64,000 nt of DNA from Ignavibacteriota bacterium (lineage in GTDB: Bacteria > Bacteroidota > Ignavibacteria > UBA10030): assembly GCA_963701295.1 (NCBI GenBank), contig OY969585.1, forward strand, positions 2,368,001 through 2,432,000, written 5' to 3'. The notes below the pieces were generated by a model that did not search any database, was not told where the DNA came from, and saw only the letters and a program-made list of their open reading frames with translations. The position numbers and the translations under genes were made by a program. Shown piece after piece: positions 52,185-62,878 of this stretch. Position 1 is the first letter of the stretch, and each line of letters starts with the position of its first letter.

Positions 52185-52227
52185 TGAAAATCCATATGTC
52201 GGGGACTCAATTCCCTCCCTGTCCACT
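52185..52227 (+). repeat. attR: degenerate tRNA-Phe 3' half
   Basis: Matches 1336-1378 with 3 mismatches. Confidence 0.88.
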
Positions 52228-52280
52228 GAAAAATCTTCTACCTTTATCCGCAATCCTGTCTGCAATTATTTTTGGAATGC

Positions 52281-52402
52281 TAAGACTACGGTGTTCGTTA
52301 GGGTTTATAAGCAGCGGGATGGATTTCCTATCCCTTCTTCAGCTTGCAATACCTCATGAGATTACTCTCTTATTTATTGGCACATAATCTGGGGGCAGGT
52401 CA
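52281..52402 (+). mobile_element. IS3 3'-end remnant
   Basis: ATTGGCACATAATCTGGGGGCAGGTCA end. Confidence 0.6.
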
Positions 52403-52765
52403 CTTCCAGACATTAAACCATTGAAGATGCATTGTCGCAAGTGCTACTTAGAGGTGGAGGTAACAAACCAAGATCTTACAATGTTTTACATAACTCCATC
52501 CTCATATATACGGTGATTACCGTAGATGATACGTATTTTGCCGTAATTTTATAAATAAGGTTTTCCCTTGATCCCTAATGACTTTTTATTCTGTATACTA
52601 ATTCAGTGAATTCAATGATAACATCTTCAAGGGGAAAATTATGGAAAGAAAATAATATTTCTTTTTCATTAGTAATTTTATTGATACAGTTTGATCAACT
52701 AAGCGTAAATATTTACACAATAAAACAGGTTGTGACTCATTTTCATTAACTCTATTAGGGTTTTT

Positions 52766-55402
52766 ATGAAAACCAATAAAAAGAATTCAACAACTGTCTT
52801 AAGCAGATGGACGCGCTTGTCCCGAATGATTCGGGGATTTCTTGAAGTCCCGTTACATGCGGGACTGATATTTGCTTTTATAGCGCCAGTCATTGCTAAA
52901 TCTCAAACTTACTATACAATCAACGAAAATTCATCACCCGTATTTTCTACACTTATCCCAGATGAAGCCTATGTCATAAAGGATAATGTAAATTACAAAC
53001 TCTATTATGCTGGGAATGACTTTACATCAATTAATCTCGCTCAATCACCTGACGGCATAACGTGGACTCCATATAATAGCGGAAATCCTATAATATCAGA
53101 TGCACAATATCATTCAGACGTAAAATACTATAGTACAGGATTCCCAGGAGCAAATAGCGGTACAAATCCAAGCTCATTGACGATGAACTATCGTATATGG
53201 TATCAAGGGTTAAACCAGAATAGCGTAGAAGGATGGAGATATGCTGAATCGCCGGATGGAATAAACTGGTATAATCACATACCCGTTTCCCAATTCGGAG
53301 CACCAGTATATAGTTCCGCCACAGGAGTAACCTATGGAATAGCTGATGTAATCTATACATCGGGAGCATCCAACACAGGAACAGACTGGACATTCAGAAT
53401 ATATGCAAACGTCCAATGGGAACCTGGTCAATACGGTGGAAAGGAACTCGTAGTCATAGCTTTTTCAACAAATGGATATGACTGGACTGGCTATGATCCA
53501 ACATTGGCAGGTTATGCAACACCAGTATTTGCAGGAACTCTAGACACAAGTCGGTTTGACTGCGACCACATAGGATGGTTCAAGGTCATAAAAAACAGTC
53601 CGATAGACTGGCAAGCGTTCTACTCCGGCGGGAAAGGGTCGACGTACCAGGCGTTGAATGGAATAGGCTACGCAACATCGACCGATGGCATAAACTGGAC
53701 ACACAGGCAAACACTCATCACAACAAATGACCCAGTGGCATGGAGAAAACAGAGCGTATGGATGCCATCAGTGGTAAAGTCTGGAAACAACTACGAGCTA
53801 TTTTTCCTCGGATCAGCAGATGTAAGTGACGGAAGTTGGATATGGTGGAAACTCGGAAGAGCTATCTTGACACCCGTTGCTGACCCTTTTGCAGGAATCA
53901 ATTTTGCAGAATATCCCAGCAATCCTTTATTTGGCGGAGATACAGAAGGAGTGGATCGCGCTTATCAAGCATATGTAATAAAAATAGGTGCAGTGTACAA
54001 TATGTGGTACGGGGATCATATTAATGCTAGATATGTCAGTAGTGCATATCCTGATTTCCATGACGTAACATTTCCTGGAACTAAAATCACTGTGCCAAAT
54101 GCAACTCAGCCTTACAAGTTCACAGTATATTATAATTCTGCTGGATGGACTCTTGGAGGAACCAGTTATTCTCAAAAATTAGTCGCCTATTACACTGATA
54201 ATGCAGACAACTTTTCTACAAATCCACAAGTCGCAGTCTCTGATGATGGAATAAATTGGACATATGTAGGGCGGACGAGCGGTGTGATTACCGGCCCACC
54301 TGCTGAGGTTTCAACCGTTTATAGATTATCTGTATTATATGAAGGAAATAATATTTGGAAAGGATATGGCGATCAAGGACAGGCATGGATCCAATATTAT
54401 ACTTCAACCGACGGGATGGCTTGGACAGTACAAGCATGGGACATATTAAATGATCGTAATCCTAGTCTATTACAGCCTTGGGAAATCGGTCCTGGGCCAC
54501 AATATCCTGGAGAAATAAGTCCTTATGTTTTCAAAGTGAATAATACTTATGTGATGACTTATAGCTCTGGCAAAACAAACAACAATCAAGGAATAGGCAT
54601 TGCATATTCTATTGATGGAATAAATTTTACCAAGTCAAGTACAAATCCAATATTTAGTATAGACGATGGCATCGCATGGAAAACTGTTAGAAATTACAAC
54701 GGCTACATAATGCTTGATGCCGGATTGTGGAGAATGTATTTTCAAGGAACAAATGCTGCTGGATTTTATGCTATTGGTATGGCAACTCCAGATGTACCTT
54801 TACCGGTGGAACAGGTATCGTTTACAGCCACAGTGGTAAGCAATGCTGCAACGCTGACATGGCAGACTGCCACGGAAGTCAATAACTATGGCTTTGATGT
54901 TGAACGTCGGTTGGTCAATAGTCAATCGTCAACACTCAATAGTTGGGGAAAGATCGGATTTGTAAAAGGAAGTGGAACGAGTAACATTGCGCATTCATAC
55001 AGCTATACAGATGTGAGTGTTTCGTCGGGAACGTATGCCTATAGGTTAAAGCAAATCGATAACAATGGGACGTATAAGTATTCGAGCGAAGCGGAAGTAA
55101 CGGTTTCGGTGCCGAAAGTATTTGCGCTGAATCAGAACTATCCTAACCCGTTCAACCCGTCGACGACAATCGAATATCAGTTACCAGGAACAGGGACACG
55201 ATTTAATGTGTCCTTAAAAGTGTATGATGTCATTGGGAGGGAGGTTTCAAATCTTGTGAATGAACAGCAGGAACCGGGATATTACCAAAAGACATTTGCT
55301 GCAAGTCGATATGCCAGCGGAATGTATATTTATCGCCTTGTTGCAACAGACGAGCAGAATAAACAGCATATATATCAGAAGAAAATGGTGCTCTTGCGCT
55401 AA
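52766..55402 (+). CDS. Tandem five-bladed propeller (GH32/43/130-like) protein with T9SS CTD
   Basis: SPDGITW/STDGINW repeats, NPIF; PLPVE linker and CTD. Confidence 0.78.
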   Translation: MKTNKKNSTTVLSRWTRLSRMIRGFLEVPLHAGLIFAFIAPVIAKSQTYYTINENSSPVFSTLIPDEAYVIKDNVNYKLYYAGNDFTSINLAQSPDGITWTPYNSGNPIISDAQYHSDVKYYSTGFPGANSGTNPSSLTMNYRIWYQGLNQNSVEGWRYAESPDGINWYNHIPVSQFGAPVYSSATGVTYGIADVIYTSGASNTGTDWTFRIYANVQWEPGQYGGKELVVIAFSTNGYDWTGYDPTLAGYATPVFAGTLDTSRFDCDHIGWFKVIKNSPIDWQAFYSGGKGSTYQALNGIGYATSTDGINWTHRQTLITTNDPVAWRKQSVWMPSVVKSGNNYELFFLGSADVSDGSWIWWKLGRAILTPVADPFAGINFAEYPSNPLFGGDTEGVDRAYQAYVIKIGAVYNMWYGDHINARYVSSAYPDFHDVTFPGTKITVPNATQPYKFTVYYNSAGWTLGGTSYSQKLVAYYTDNADNFSTNPQVAVSDDGINWTYVGRTSGVITGPPAEVSTVYRLSVLYEGNNIWKGYGDQGQAWIQYYTSTDGMAWTVQAWDILNDRNPSLLQPWEIGPGPQYPGEISPYVFKVNNTYVMTYSSGKTNNNQGIGIAYSIDGINFTKSSTNPIFSIDDGIAWKTVRNYNGYIMLDAGLWRMYFQGTNAAGFYAIGMATPDVPLPVEQVSFTATVVSNAATLTWQTATEVNNYGFDVERRLVNSQSSTLNSWGKIGFVKGSGTSNIAHSYSYTDVSVSSGTYAYRLKQIDNNGTYKYSSEAEVTVSVPKVFALNQNYPNPFNPSTTIEYQLPGTGTRFNVSLKVYDVIGREVSNLVNEQQEPGYYQKTFAASRYASGMYIYRLVATDEQNKQHIYQKKMVLLR

Positions 55403-55471
55403 TCACGATTGATATGATTTCTTCTCTGCTGTTCAGACTGCGATTGAAAGTGCAGTGGATAATTTATGGAT

Positions 55472-55600
55472 AGGGGGATAAGTTGATACCCTCCTCAATG
55501 AATGTCGATGGCTGTCTCAAAAAAGCACCACTGTATGTGTGCCCGGTGGTTGTTTGTCTCTCCCCATTAACCCTGACGTTTATGCGTTGGGGTTTTTTGT
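55472..55600 (+). ncRNA. Putative cloverleaf RNA plus terminator, copy 2
   Basis: Homologous to 13167-13295 with covariation. Confidence 0.5.
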
Positions 55601-55705
55601 TTGTTATTAAAAAACAAATATCGTAGATTTTGAGTAAATATATTGGCTTTGACGAATTCGGAGAGGGGTCGCTCAATGTGTTTGTCCTTTTTGTTCCCAT
55701 AGTTT

Positions 55706-55738
55706 TCAGTGCCGCAGCTTAGCGCCCGTCTGTTAGGC
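55706..55738 (+). repeat. attC right half
   Basis: CGCAGCTTAG..GTTAGGC. Confidence 0.8.
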
Positions 55739-55768
55739 GGTGCAATAGAAATAAGGTTGCCATGATTA

Positions 55769-56488
55769 GTGGATAGTATTATTGCGATAATTCACACTGT
55801 TTCACAATTCCAGAGGTGCAACATGATGAATACTTATAGTAAACGGTTATGTCTGATGCTCTCCACTGTATTTGTGTTCTTCCTCAGTGGTTGCGCTACA
55901 TCGGGCTATGTTTCTGAAGAACCCGAGGCAAATACAAATGTAGTCGTTCCTGCCTGGGCACCCCCCTACCAAGATATTCATCTTGTCAGATACTACTACC
56001 TGCCCGACATAGAAGTGTACTATGATGTCTGGAACCAGGAGTTCGTTTATCTTCAAGATGGAAGTTGGATGTTTACGTCATCTTTCCCGCCAATCTATAC
56101 AGGATTCGATTTATACAACTGCTTTGTCGTAGTGCTGGACTACCATGTGTACGAACCCTGGATGCATTATCATTATTATGTTTCCCATTATCCACGTTAT
56201 TACTATCATTCAGTTTACAATGTCACCGATACACATGACCTCAGAGGTTTTAATGAAAACAAGGAAAGCGAAATCCGACTTAAACAGGAAGAAAAGATAA
56301 AGCTCAACGAAGCATCGAATAATAGACCTGAACATGAAAAAGTTCTACCCCTTAATCCAGAACTAAAAAAATCTGAATTCAAACGACCACCACAACGAAT
56401 GAAGTATTATGGACAGGATGTTGGCAAACCCGTCAAAGTTGAAAAACAAATGATGAAGCCACATGAAAATATTCAGAAGAATAAATGA
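55769..56488 (+). CDS. Hypothetical lipoprotein (cassette; true start probably ~55823)
   Basis: LSGC lipobox; RYYYLPDIEVYYD. Confidence 0.75.
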   Translation: MDSIIAIIHTVSQFQRCNMMNTYSKRLCLMLSTVFVFFLSGCATSGYVSEEPEANTNVVVPAWAPPYQDIHLVRYYYLPDIEVYYDVWNQEFVYLQDGSWMFTSSFPPIYTGFDLYNCFVVVLDYHVYEPWMHYHYYVSHYPRYYYHSVYNVTDTHDLRGFNENKESEIRLKQEEKIKLNEASNNRPEHEKVLPLNPELKKSEFKRPPQRMKYYGQDVGKPVKVEKQMMKPHENIQKNK

Positions 56489-56644
56489 TGATGGTGTTTG
56501 CTTGGTAAATCTGAAAGGATGGATATGCCTCTATACTGTAAACCAATGGTCCAATTCGCTACTCTATTCTCGAACAATTAGACAAAGGTGACTTCAATCG
56601 CGAACGTACATTGTTAAAAGTCGTTGGTAATAAATAATTGCATC

Positions 56645-56800
56645 GCCTAACCATGCGCTCAAGCTGACAGAATGAGCGTAAGTACATTTTACATTGCGTG
56701 CAGAGATTTAGTGCAGATTTAAAAGTGAAGTGAATGAACTTGGTTCGTGTAGTACATTTTGAAAGTATTCGTTGAGTCAACTAACCACGTTCCGATAGCC
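56645..56800 (+). repeat. attC (right arm degenerate)
   Basis: GCCTAAC..CTCAAGCTGAC...GATAGCC. Confidence 0.8.
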
Positions 56801-56831
56801 AACGCAAAGGAATATATCAAGGACAAGTAAA

Positions 56832-57236
56832 ATGGAAGACTCTCAACAACAGGTTCATGAAGTGTTGTCAGCAATAAACCAATCATGGCGAACCAATACG
56901 CCTCTTACCATGTCACAGCATTTGCACCCAAATATTATCATGAAATTTCCTGGATTCTCCGGTGAAGTAGTGGGACGTGACGCACTCCTCGCAAGTTTTG
57001 TTGAATTCTGTACCAATGCTCGAGTCCTTGAATATCAAGAGAACAACGAACAAATTAGCGTGATTGGAGATTGTGCCGTAGCGAGTTTTCAATTCGAGAT
57101 GATGTATGAAAGAACAAAGTATCGGGAACGATCAAAGGGACGAGACCTTTGGGTCTTTCAATGTATTTCTGATAAGTGGGTTGCAGTGTGGAGAACAATG
57201 ATGGAGTTAGAAGAATTACGAGAGAACCGTAAATAA
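56832..57236 (+). CDS. NTF2/DUF4440-like protein
   Basis: GRDA...GDCAVA...GRDLWVF...KWVAVWR. Confidence 0.8.
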   Translation: MEDSQQQVHEVLSAINQSWRTNTPLTMSQHLHPNIIMKFPGFSGEVVGRDALLASFVEFCTNARVLEYQENNEQISVIGDCAVASFQFEMMYERTKYRERSKGRDLWVFQCISDKWVAVWRTMMELEELRENRK

Positions 57237-57245
57237 TAATGTGCT

Positions 57246-57279
57246 GCTTAACTGACGGCTTAGCTGCATTCCGCTAGAG
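57246..57279 (+). repeat. Collapsed attC remnant
   Basis: GCTTAAC-TGACG-GCTTAG..CCGCTAGAG. Confidence 0.5.
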
Positions 57280-57371
57280 CACATGCAATTACATATGGAA
57301 TAATTACATACCGTCGAAACATCATTCCCTGGAATCTTTAACATCTTCCTATTTAATCTAAGGAGGTAGAA

Positions 57372-60300
57372 ATGAAGCGCTTAGTTTTTGTCTTTTCATT
57401 ATTCCTTGTTTCAGTTGTATCGTTTGCGAGTTTGAAACAGGGGTACTATAGATCTCCAGCTATTCATGGAGACAAAATAGTTTTCACGGCTGAAGGTGAT
57501 CTTTGGATGATCAGTACTAATGGTGGTATGGCAACGAGAATTACATCAAGTCATGGTACCGAATCACATGCGGTGATTTCACCTGATGGGTCACAGATTG
57601 CATTCTCTGCGCAATACGAAGGACCTACGGAAATTTACACTATGTCAATCGATGGAGGCGTCCCCAAGCGCTTGACATACGAAGGTCAGAGTGCAACAAT
57701 GATCGGATGGAGAGCAGATGGGAAAATAATCTACAGCACAGGGCATTATTCTACCCTGCCGAACGTTCAGCTGATGATTATCGACCCGAAAACTGGAGAG
57801 AAGAATCTAGTCCCTTTATCCCAGGCGAGCGATGGAGTATTTGATACGAGTGGAGACACGCTTTTCTTCACCCGACTTCCGTTCCAGGGCAGTCACACAA
57901 AAAGATATCAAGGAGGAACTGCGCAAAATATTTGGCGGTATGTCAAAGGCGATCAGGAGGCAGTTTCTCTGACAAGTGATTATCCTGGTACAAATAAGAA
58001 TCCTATGCTATGGAACAAGCGCGTGTATTTTCTCAGCGACCGAGATGGTACAATGAACATCTGGTCGATGAACAAAGACGGGAAAAATTTACGGCAAGAA
58101 ACATTCCATAAAGGATTCGATGCCGCATCGGCATCGCTTGACAACGGTAAAGTTGTCTATCAATGCGGTGCAGATATTTATTTATATGATATTACTTTGA
58201 AGTCAGACAATATAGTTCAGATTTCTCTATCTTCGGATTTTGATCAAGAAAGGACACAATGGGTCAAGAAACCAATGGACTATCTTACATCGGTTCATAT
58301 TTCTCCAGATGGCGATAGAGTTGTTCTCACAGCGCGCGGACAGGTTTTTATTGCACCAGTCAGTGATGGACGGTTTGTGGAACTGACACGGGAATCAGGA
58401 GTGAGATATCGAAATGCAAAATTCACTTACGAAGGGAAATCAATCATATTACAATCTGAACAAACGGGTGAAGTTGAGTTTTGGGAATATCCTGCTAACG
58501 GTATCGGGAAAGGGAGGCAGCTTACGAATGATGGGAAGGGTTTCAGAATGGATGGTATTCCTTCTCCTGATGGAAAATTAATTGCTTACACCGATAAAGA
58601 TAACCGGCTTCTTCTTTATGACTTAAACTCAAAAAAGGCAAAAATCATAGCCACATCGCAGTACGGAAGTTTCGAAGATTTGTGCTGGGCACCGGATGGT
58701 AAGTGGCTTGCATTCGTCTCGCCTGCTACCAACAGATTCTATCAGATTGTTATTTACAACATCTCTGATGAAAAGGTAACGTTATTGACCGATGATCGAA
58801 CAGACAGTTACCACCCGGTATGGAGTCCTGATGGAAAGTGGATGTATTTCTTGTCGGACAGAAATTTTCAATCTTCGGTTGAAAGTCCGTGGGGACCTCG
58901 GGAACCTGAACCATTCTTTGCGAATACGACAAAGATTTACGCAATCGCGCTCGTTAAGGATATTAGGTTTCCGTTTAGTCCTCCTGATGAGCTGCATTCC
59001 TCTTCCAAAACTTCTGATGAATCAAAAGGAAAATCTGATGATACGAAGGGAAAAGATTCCGAATCAAAGGAAAAGTCAAAAAGTGTAGAAGTGAAAATTG
59101 ATCTTGACGGAATACAAACAAGGATTTATCAGGTTCCGGTTGCAGCCGGAGATTATTCAAACCTCACTATGAACGATAAGATGCTCTTCGTAACTGAGAC
59201 CCCTCTAGCGGCAGAACGCAAAACAAAACTCGATGCTATTGAGATCATGAACAAAGATGTCTCTGTAAAATCGATCGTGGAAGATATTAAAAGTTATGAA
59301 CTTTCTGCAGATGGGAAGAAGATAATGGTGAGGAAGGGAGACGGCATTAATGTCATCGATGCATCCTCATCTCCGGTGACCGATTTCTCGAAAAACGCTA
59401 TCAACCTTAGCAAATGGACATTTTCATTTGACCCGCGTGAAGAATGGCGGCAAATGTTCATCGAAGCGTGGCGGCTTGAGCGCGACTTTTTCTATGACCC
59501 TGGTATGCAAGGTGTAGATTATGAAAAAACTCTGGTAAGATTTTTACCGTTAATTGATAGAGTAAGAGATAGAGATGAGTTGAATGACCTAATCGGTCAG
59601 ATTGTCGGCGAACTCTCAGCGTTGCATATTTTCGTCGTGGGTGGCGATGTAAGGAAACAGGAACTTCAAGTATCAGTTGGTTCACTTGGTGCGGAACTCC
59701 TTCATGATGATAAAAACGGTGGTTATAAAATCAATCAAATTTACAAATCCGATCCCGATTATCTCGAAGATATTTCACCGCTCGCAAGGACAGGATCCAA
59801 TATCAATGAAGGAGATATAATTCTCTCGATCAATGGAGTTTCAATTGATTCGGTTGCTTCGCCGAATGTACTCCTTGAGAACCAGGTTGGTCAGCAGGTG
59901 CTTCTGCATTTAAAGTCCGGTTCAACAGGAAAAGAATTTGATGCTGTCGTTGTTCCTATTTCACAGGAAGCCGCATTCAGCCTCCGGTACTATGAATGGG
60001 AATACACAAGAAGGCTTATCGTTGAAAAGGAAAGCGACAACCAGATTGGATATGTTCATCTTCGCGCTATGGGCGGTGGAAATTATACTGAATGGACAAA
60101 AGAATTTTATCCTGTTTTTGATCGGCAAGGCTTAATAATCGATGTGCGTCACAATAACGGCGGCAACATCGATAGTTGGATACTTGAAAAACTTCTTCGA
60201 AAAGCTTGGATGTATTGGAAAGACCGCGTCGGAGTGCCTACCTGGAATATGCAATATGCTTTTCGAGGTCATCTTGTCGTACTATGTGATCAAAATACAG

Positions 60301-60653
60301 CATCGGATGGTGAAGCATTCACCGAAGGTTTTAAGCGCCTCGGACTCGGCAAGGTAATAGGAATGAGAACGTGGGGCGGTGAGATTTGGTTGTCATTCGA
60401 CAATTGGCTGCGGGATAAAGGAATTGCTTCAGCCGCAGAATATGGAGTTTATGGTCCCGAAGGAAAATGGCTCATCGAAGGTCATGGGGTTGATCCGGAT
60501 ATCGTGGTTGATGATACTCCCCATCAAACATTTAGCGGACAAGATACCCAGCTTGAGGCGGCAATAAATTATTTGAGACAGGAAATTAAAGACCATCCTA
60601 TTCAAGTGCCTCTTCCTCCTGCATATCCAAATAAAGCTATGGATTATAAATGA
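57372..60653 (+). CDS. Tricorn protease (S41, PDZ)
   Basis: PD40 repeats; GELSALH; DVRHNNGG; ASDGE; RTWGG. Confidence 0.95.
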   Translation: MKRLVFVFSLFLVSVVSFASLKQGYYRSPAIHGDKIVFTAEGDLWMISTNGGMATRITSSHGTESHAVISPDGSQIAFSAQYEGPTEIYTMSIDGGVPKRLTYEGQSATMIGWRADGKIIYSTGHYSTLPNVQLMIIDPKTGEKNLVPLSQASDGVFDTSGDTLFFTRLPFQGSHTKRYQGGTAQNIWRYVKGDQEAVSLTSDYPGTNKNPMLWNKRVYFLSDRDGTMNIWSMNKDGKNLRQETFHKGFDAASASLDNGKVVYQCGADIYLYDITLKSDNIVQISLSSDFDQERTQWVKKPMDYLTSVHISPDGDRVVLTARGQVFIAPVSDGRFVELTRESGVRYRNAKFTYEGKSIILQSEQTGEVEFWEYPANGIGKGRQLTNDGKGFRMDGIPSPDGKLIAYTDKDNRLLLYDLNSKKAKIIATSQYGSFEDLCWAPDGKWLAFVSPATNRFYQIVIYNISDEKVTLLTDDRTDSYHPVWSPDGKWMYFLSDRNFQSSVESPWGPREPEPFFANTTKIYAIALVKDIRFPFSPPDELHSSSKTSDESKGKSDDTKGKDSESKEKSKSVEVKIDLDGIQTRIYQVPVAAGDYSNLTMNDKMLFVTETPLAAERKTKLDAIEIMNKDVSVKSIVEDIKSYELSADGKKIMVRKGDGINVIDASSSPVTDFSKNAINLSKWTFSFDPREEWRQMFIEAWRLERDFFYDPGMQGVDYEKTLVRFLPLIDRVRDRDELNDLIGQIVGELSALHIFVVGGDVRKQELQVSVGSLGAELLHDDKNGGYKINQIYKSDPDYLEDISPLARTGSNINEGDIILSINGVSIDSVASPNVLLENQVGQQVLLHLKSGSTGKEFDAVVVPISQEAAFSLRYYEWEYTRRLIVEKESDNQIGYVHLRAMGGGNYTEWTKEFYPVFDRQGLIIDVRHNNGGNIDSWILEKLLRKAWMYWKDRVGVPTWNMQYAFRGHLVVLCDQNTASDGEAFTEGFKRLGLGKVIGMRTWGGEIWLSFDNWLRDKGIASAAEYGVYGPEGKWLIEGHGVDPDIVVDDTPHQTFSGQDTQLEAAINYLRQEIKDHPIQVPLPPAYPNKAMDYK

Positions 60654-60836
60654 AAACGATGGAACTCATTTCATGATAAAAATTTTTAAACTTCCATTAA
60701 GCCTAGTTTATATTTTTAAGTGGACTTTTTGATCTAACAAGGAGAGAATCTTTTTTAGTAACAAGTTTATGGAGTATATGGCAAATAGTGTATGCATTGG
60801 TTAAGGATGCAATATAGAACTAAATAATATTCTGCC

Positions 60837-60990
60837 GCCCAACTAAACACTCAAGCTGACCATATGAACTAGATATGTTAAGCATGGCGAGCATAGGTCT
60901 TATGCAATCTGAAAAATTCTACATGAACCTGTTTCGTTTTGTGTATATCAAAAGTTTTCAGTGGCGCAGCTTAGGCGCCATTCGTTAGGA
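60837..60990 (+). repeat. attC site
   Basis: GCCCAAC..CTCAAGCTGAC...CGCAGCTTAG..GTTAGGA. Confidence 0.85.
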
Positions 60991-61037
60991 ACGCATTGCC
61001 ACCATATAGACTTGAATACATTTTCATGGAGGTCACA

Positions 61038-62714
61038 ATGAAAAAACGACTTATCCTTTTCTGTTTATTCGTTCTTCTGCTTCCAGACTTTCTTTATACT
61101 CAAGCGAGGAACGGGATGGTTGTTTCGGCTGAGTCGAGCGCTTCTCAAGTTGGGATCGAAATATTAAAGAATGGTGGAAATGCAGTCGATGCTGCAGTTG
61201 CTGTCGGTTTTGCGCTTGCCGTTACCTATCCACAAGCAGGAAATATTGGCGGCGGTGGATTTATGGTTATCCGCTTGGCAGACGGGCGGATAACAACGAT
61301 TGATTACCGTGAAAAAGCGCCATTAAAAGCATGGAAGGATATGTTTCTTGATGATAAAGGGAACTATCTCCCCGAAAAAAGTCAAGAAGGATACTTGTCG
61401 TGCGGTGTTCCTGGCTCAGTCGCAGGATTGCTTCTGGCACTTGAACGATATGGAACGTTGAACAGAGATAAAATACTGCAACCTGCAATCGAATTAGCAG
61501 AAAAAGGAATTAAGGTGAGCGGAACATTCGCAGATGATATCAAATCGTCTCTCAGTCGCTTTACACGTTATAAATCGACTTGTCGGATTTTTCTAAAAAG
61601 CGGTAAACCGTATCGGTCGGGAGATACACTCTTTCAGCGTGACCTCGCAGCGACATTGAAACGCATTGTGTGCAATGGAAGAGATGGCTTCTACAAAGGA
61701 ACAACAGCCGATCTGATTGTTGCGGAAATGCAACGAGGTAATGGATTGATTTCGTATGATGATCTTGCTTCGTACCAAGCAATTGAAAGACCACCGGTTA
61801 TCGGCAAGTATCATGGTTATGAAATTATTTCTATGGGACCACCAAGCTCAGGTGGAATATTACTTATCCACCTGCTCAACTTATTAGAACCATACGATCT
61901 TAAGACATCAGGATTTGCATCAACGCGAACTATTGCTTTGATGGCAGAAGCGATGAAACTTGCATATGCTGATCGAGCGGAATTCTTTGGGGATATCGAT
62001 TTCTATCCGGTTCCTGTCGCAAAGCTGATTTCAAAATCATATGCTGATGAACGAAGAAAACTCATCGATTCAAGTTTAGCGAAACCAAGCAGCGCTATCT
62101 CACATGGCTCCTTTCAGCAACATGAACTTAGCGAGACGACGCATTACTCGGTGGTTGATCAATGGGGAAATGCGGTAAGTGTAACGACAACAATCAATGA
62201 TTGGTTTGGTAACAGTATCGTTGTCGATAGTGCAGGCTTTTTCCTCAACAATGAAATGGATGATTTTGCCGCAAAACCTGGTGTGCCGAATATGTTTGGT
62301 GTGACTGGAAGTGTAGCAAATGCAATCCAGCCTCAAAAGCGAATTCTTAGCAGTATGACACCGTCGATTGTTGTGAAAGATGAAAAACCATATCTCATCA
62401 TCGGTTCACCTGGAGGTCCGACTATTGTCACAACAGTTCTGCAGGTAATTCTCAATGTTATTGATCACCATATGAATATTCAGCAAGCAATTGACGCACT
62501 ACGGATTCATCACCAATGGTTGCCGGATACCCTTTGGTATGAAAAGTCGGGACTCACAGATGAGGTTGTACTGAATTTGAAACATCTTGGATTCAGCGTA
62601 ATTGAACGACACGGTTATCAAGGCAATGTTGAAGCTATTCTGATTGATCCACAAACACGATTGTATTATGGTATTGCTGATCGACGTGGATATGGAGCAG
62701 CGGTCGGATATTAA
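61038..62714 (+). CDS. ggt: Gamma-glutamyltransferase
   Basis: GGNAVDAA, DYRE, ETTHYS, NNEMDDF, SSMTP, GSPGG. Confidence 0.96.
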   Translation: MKKRLILFCLFVLLLPDFLYTQARNGMVVSAESSASQVGIEILKNGGNAVDAAVAVGFALAVTYPQAGNIGGGGFMVIRLADGRITTIDYREKAPLKAWKDMFLDDKGNYLPEKSQEGYLSCGVPGSVAGLLLALERYGTLNRDKILQPAIELAEKGIKVSGTFADDIKSSLSRFTRYKSTCRIFLKSGKPYRSGDTLFQRDLAATLKRIVCNGRDGFYKGTTADLIVAEMQRGNGLISYDDLASYQAIERPPVIGKYHGYEIISMGPPSSGGILLIHLLNLLEPYDLKTSGFASTRTIALMAEAMKLAYADRAEFFGDIDFYPVPVAKLISKSYADERRKLIDSSLAKPSSAISHGSFQQHELSETTHYSVVDQWGNAVSVTTTINDWFGNSIVVDSAGFFLNNEMDDFAAKPGVPNMFGVTGSVANAIQPQKRILSSMTPSIVVKDEKPYLIIGSPGGPTIVTTVLQVILNVIDHHMNIQQAIDALRIHHQWLPDTLWYEKSGLTDEVVLNLKHLGFSVIERHGYQGNVEAILIDPQTRLYYGIADRRGYGAAVGY

Positions 62715-62878
62715 GACTTAATTAGTTTTTAGAAACTCTACAAGTTATTGATAGTTTAACGTTCTTTTCGTAGTAATTCTGTGATTTCTGTTTTTAGTGG
62801 ATCAAAGGGAAGTTGCTCAATAAGGTCGGTACTAGCTGTATTATATTTATGATCCTAAATAGGAGTTCTTGAGACTTT

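Larger units (their letters stand above)
1336..52227. mobile_element. tRNA-Phe-integrated genomic island (~51 kb)
   Basis: Integrase next to the tRNA; 43-bp tRNA 3'-half duplicate at 52185-52227; 24-bp arm-like repeat near both ends. Confidence 0.75.

Noticed and set aside
52185-52227. Second functional tRNA-Phe
   Set aside because: Only the 3' half is present and the T-loop is mutated.
20374-55402. Diversity-generating retroelement or group II intron behind the repeated CTDs
   Set aside because: There is no reverse transcriptase, no adenine-specific TR/VR pair and no intron domain V motif that I could see.
5373-60990. Repeats as a CRISPR array
   Set aside because: Repeats are 120-210 bp, separated by whole genes, and have attC architecture; no cas genes are present.
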